Positions 61,719 to 64,000 of a stretch of 64,000 nt of DNA are shown here, piece after piece; positions within the stretch are counted from its first letter, which is position 1; every line of letters starts with the position of its first letter. Under the pieces are notes generated by a model. The model was not told the origin of the DNA, made no database searches, and was given only the letters and a program-made list of their open reading frames with translations. The stretch covers positions 1,089-65,088 of the forward strand of contig CADCOC010000003.1 of the NCBI GenBank assembly GCA_902802945.1, read 5' to 3'. Made by a program: the position numbers and the translations under genes. This DNA comes from an uncultured bacterium. Its GTDB lineage: Bacteria > Verrucomicrobiota > Kiritimatiellia > RFP12 > UBA1067.

Positions 61719-62456
61719 TTAGGTCAGTTGGTGTCCGCCGTCCGCCACGAGACACTGTCCCGTGATCCACGCGGACGATTCGCCGAGGAAGAAGTCGATC
61801 ACGTCTGCGACCTTCTCCGGCGTGCCGAACCCGAGCGGGTAACGCGCGCGCCGAGCGGCGATCTGATCTGGCGTGGAGCGCGCCATCCAGGAGTTTTGCG
61901 CCATCGGCGTGTCGACAACGCCGAGCACGACGGCGTTCACGCGCACGCCGCGCGGGGCGAGTTCGGCGGCGGCGGGACGGAGCAGCCCCTCGACCGCGCC
62001 CTTGGCGGCGGCGTAGGCGGCGTTGCCGCAGTCGCCCTCGTGCGCGGCGAGCGACGAGACGAGCACGGCGGCCGCGCCGTCCGCATGGTTCGGACGCTTG
62101 GCGAGCCAGCCGAGGAACTGGAGGGGGAAGAGGGCGTGGACGGAAAAGAGCCGGTGCGCCGTCTCGTCCTGGATGAGTCCGAGCGGGGCGGGGGCGACGA
62201 ATCCGGCGGCGTGGACGAAACCGCGGACGGCGTCGAAACGCTCTTTCACGGCGGCGGCCACGCGCGCGGTGGCGTCGGGCGATTCGAGGTCGGTTGCCAT
62301 GCAGAGGGCGTGGGGGTTTGCGCCGTAGAGGCGCGAGAGTTCTTCTGCGCGGCGCGCGACGGCCACCACGTTTTCGCCGCGCGCGAGGAGGCGGGCGGCG
62401 ACGGCGGCGCCGATGCCGGAGGTGGCGCCCGTCACGACGGTGCAGGCGCCGCTCAT
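61719..62456 (-). CDS. short-chain dehydrogenase/reductase (3-oxoacyl-ACP reductase-like)
   Basis: TGATSGIGAAVA cofactor motif, the catalytic YAAAKGA (YxxxK), and 245 aa in length. Confidence 0.8.
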   Translation of the reverse strand: MSGACTVVTGATSGIGAAVAARLLARGENVVAVARRAEELSRLYGANPHALCMATDLESPDATARVAAAVKERFDAVRGFVHAAGFVAPAPLGLIQDETAHRLFSVHALFPLQFLGWLAKRPNHADGAAAVLVSSLAAHEGDCGNAAYAAAKGAVEGLLRPAAAELAPRGVRVNAVVLGVVDTPMAQNSWMARSTPDQIAARRARYPLGFGTPEKVADVIDFFLGESSAWITGQCLVADGGHQLT

Positions 62457-62668
62457 GCGTCCACCCCCGCGGCGCGTGCGAGATCCGCGACCGTCTCGAT
62501 CTTCATGAAATCATCCACCGTGAGCGTGACGTGGTACTGCTGTTCGAGCAGCACGATGAGGGCGAAGCCCATGAGCGAACTCCAGCCCGGTGCCGAACGG
62601 AACGCGTATTCCGGCGTGACGGACGGCACTTCCAGCACTTCGGCTATTTTTTCAAGAAACTGCGGCAT
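62453..62668 (-). CDS. acyl carrier protein-like small protein
   Basis: About 71 aa from MPQFLEKI. The carrier-protein helix pattern has a serine in GWSSLMGFALIVLLE. Its stop overlaps the SDR start (ATGA). Confidence 0.5.
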   Translation of the reverse strand: MPQFLEKIAEVLEVPSVTPEYAFRSAPGWSSLMGFALIVLLEQQYHVTLTVDDFMKIETVADLARAAGVDA

Positions 62669-62734
62669 TGACTTCTCCGTTGCGTGCGTGAAGTGTAGCA
62701 AACGCTCCCGCTGCCGTCAACCCGGTATAAGATA

Positions 62735-62755
62735 ATCGGCGAAGATTTCGCCGAT
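62735..62755 (-). terminator. 9-bp perfect stem-loop downstream (minus-strand sense) of the tRNA 3' fragment
   Basis: atcggcgaa-gat-ttcgccgat. On the minus strand it is followed by ttatcttat (T-rich). It may be the original tRNA terminator. Confidence 0.3.
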
Positions 62756-62813
62756 CACAGAACGCTTGGGGTGGGTCATCGCACCCTTGATTGGGCGAGA
62801 CGCATCTTTGAAG

Positions 62814-62863
62814 TGGAGCCAGGTAACGGATTCGAACCGCCGACCTGCTCATTACGAATGAGC
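62814..62863 (-). tRNA. 3' fragment only (anticodon arm to CCA) of a tRNA-Thr(CGU)-like gene; probable att-site remnant
   Basis: The reverse complement reads gctca-ttCGTaa-tgagc aggtc ggcgg-ttcgaat-ccgtt acctggc t cca. The sequence 5' of this (gcagatttcg...) has no D-arm or acceptor 5' strand. Confidence 0.6.
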
Positions 62864-64000
62864 CGAAATCTGCATTTTATTGGGAAAAATGAAAGTGCCT
62901 TGATTTTGTCTTGATTATTCTTGCATCTAATCATAGGTTTTGGTATCATAGGGGCGGTTAGGACGCAATAGGGTTTTGTGTCCCGTTTTAACAGAAAGAC
63001 GAGGTACGAGATGGGCAAAAAAGCGGCTTGCAGGGCAAAGGGCACGGGAACGGTTTATCTTGATGGTAAACTGTGGCGCGCCCGTTGGGTAGTGGACGGA
63101 CACACCTACACCCGTGCAACAGGCGAGAAGGACAAGCGCGCAGCCTTGGTGAAACTGGCAGAGTTTGTTCACCCGTATCAAGCCAAGACGGACGCCGCCC
63201 GCATGGAGTCGGCTATCGCTCAACTTGACGGCAAGAAAGCGGAAATCCGAAAGTATGAGGATTCGCTGCCAGCCCTTACCCCCAAAGCCGCTTGGTCTGC
63301 CTACCTTGAATCACAAAGCCGCCCCCGTTCCGGTTCAAGCACATTGAGCTCATACGAACAGGAGTATTGTGATTTTTGTACATGGCTTGCGGAAACACAC
63401 CCCGAAGCAAAGGAACTGCGGAATGTGTCACCGGACATAGGCAGTGAATATGCGCGAGCTTTACTTGCAGGAACACCACCAGAAACTCGTGAAGCGGTAG
63501 AAGCGGCTCGTATGGTTCTTAACTGCTATTCAAAAACGCATGACCTCACAAAGATTCCTACCAACGAAACGAAGGCGGCGGAATACCGTAGAGCCCGCAA
63601 GACGCTTGCGGCTTTCGCATGGAATCCACCTGACGGGGTTTGGGATTGCGGAGACGATGCCGAACCGATAGAGATTCAAAAGGCTCGGCATCTTGTTTCG
63701 CTAAAAATACGCCGACCCGTGAGGGGTTCAACGTTCAATCGTCACTTGAACACCCTTGCCCTTATTTGGCGGACTCTTGCAGTCGAAATGAAGGGGAAGT
63801 CCAAACTTGGCGAAAACCCCTTTGCATGGGACAAGGCCACAGGGCGCGGTATTCGCCGCATAAAACTCAAACACGCAGACCGTCCCCACAAGCGGCAAGA
63901 CCTCAACTTGGAGGAGCTTGCAAAACTCCTCATGATGGCAAAAGGCGAAATGCGCATATTGATTGCCATCGGTTTCTATACGGGCTTGCGCCTTGGTGAT
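62864..64000. mobile_element. left end of an integrated element (genomic island/prophage), continues beyond the window
   Basis: GC drops abruptly right after the tRNA fragment. The first gene inside is a tyrosine integrase. Confidence 0.55.
63011..64000 (+). CDS. tyrosine recombinase/phage-type integrase, 3' end outside the window (not in the ORF track because no stop is reached)
   Basis: ATG 63011 is preceded by GACGAGG. My translation reads MGKKAACRAKGTGTVYLDGKLWRARWVVDGHTYTRATGEKDKRAA... (the arm-binding-type N-terminus common in integrases) ...FNRHLNTLALIWR... and ends ...ILIAIGFYTGLRLGD, which is box I with the catalytic Arg. Confidence 0.75.
   Translation, partial: MGKKAACRAKGTGTVYLDGKLWRARWVVDGHTYTRATGEKDKRAALVKLAEFVHPYQAKTDAARMESAIAQLDGKKAEIRKYEDSLPALTPKAAWSAYLESQSRPRSGSSTLSSYEQEYCDFCTWLAETHPEAKELRNVSPDIGSEYARALLAGTPPETREAVEAARMVLNCYSKTHDLTKIPTNETKAAEYRRARKTLAAFAWNPPDGVWDCGDDAEPIEIQKARHLVSLKIRRPVRGSTFNRHLNTLALIWRTLAVEMKGKSKLGENPFAWDKATGRGIRRIKLKHADRPHKRQDLNLEELAKLLMMAKGEMRILIAIGFYTGLRLGD

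Noticed and set aside
62814-62900. A complete tRNA gene next to the integrase.
   Set aside because: Only the 3' ~50 nt fit a cloverleaf. The sequence where the D arm and 5' acceptor strand should lie (ttttcccaataaaatgcagatttcg in tRNA sense) cannot pair with acctggc. ORF 62776..63045(-) across it is spurious.

Overview
GC-rich bacterial chromosomal segment with strong G/C bias at third codon positions. The taxon cannot be determined from the sequence; the feature mix loosely suggests a PVC-group or Lentisphaerota-like genome, but that is a guess. Left to right: (1) the 3' 6.4 kb of a giant modular surface adhesin. (2) A synthase-dependent exopolysaccharide locus: a HasA/NodC/PgaC-like GT2 synthase, a PgaB-like/TPR protein, an MBOAT + SGNH O-acylation pair, and a TPR + beta-barrel exporter. 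(3) A tightly coupled accessory operon: REC-PAS, a degenerate KaiC/RecA-like protein, an ExeA-like AAA+, a small membrane protein, a GHL10-like protein and an EIIA-like protein. (4) A minus-strand phosphorelay operon (Hpt, a BvgS-like hybrid kinase, two APC-permease::hybrid-kinase fusions) and a divergent 7TM hybrid kinase. (5) A type III secretion chaperone/translocon operon that runs into sctT - STAS - Cache/PP2C/kinase fusion - sctU. (6) Mosaics of nested palindromic repeats and an inverted-repeat-flanked cassette of gene remnants. (7) Housekeeping genes: a guaA-like ATP-pyrophosphatase, pfk, ispE, pth, secDF, and a metX-metW fusion. (8) An acyl-modification cassette (SGNH, NeuD-like, SDR, ACP). 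(9) A tRNA 3' fragment plus a tyrosine integrase that open a lower-GC island at the right edge. All product calls rest on motif recognition by eye; no database search or structure prediction was run. Many long ORFs in the track are antisense artefacts of high GC and are rejected.
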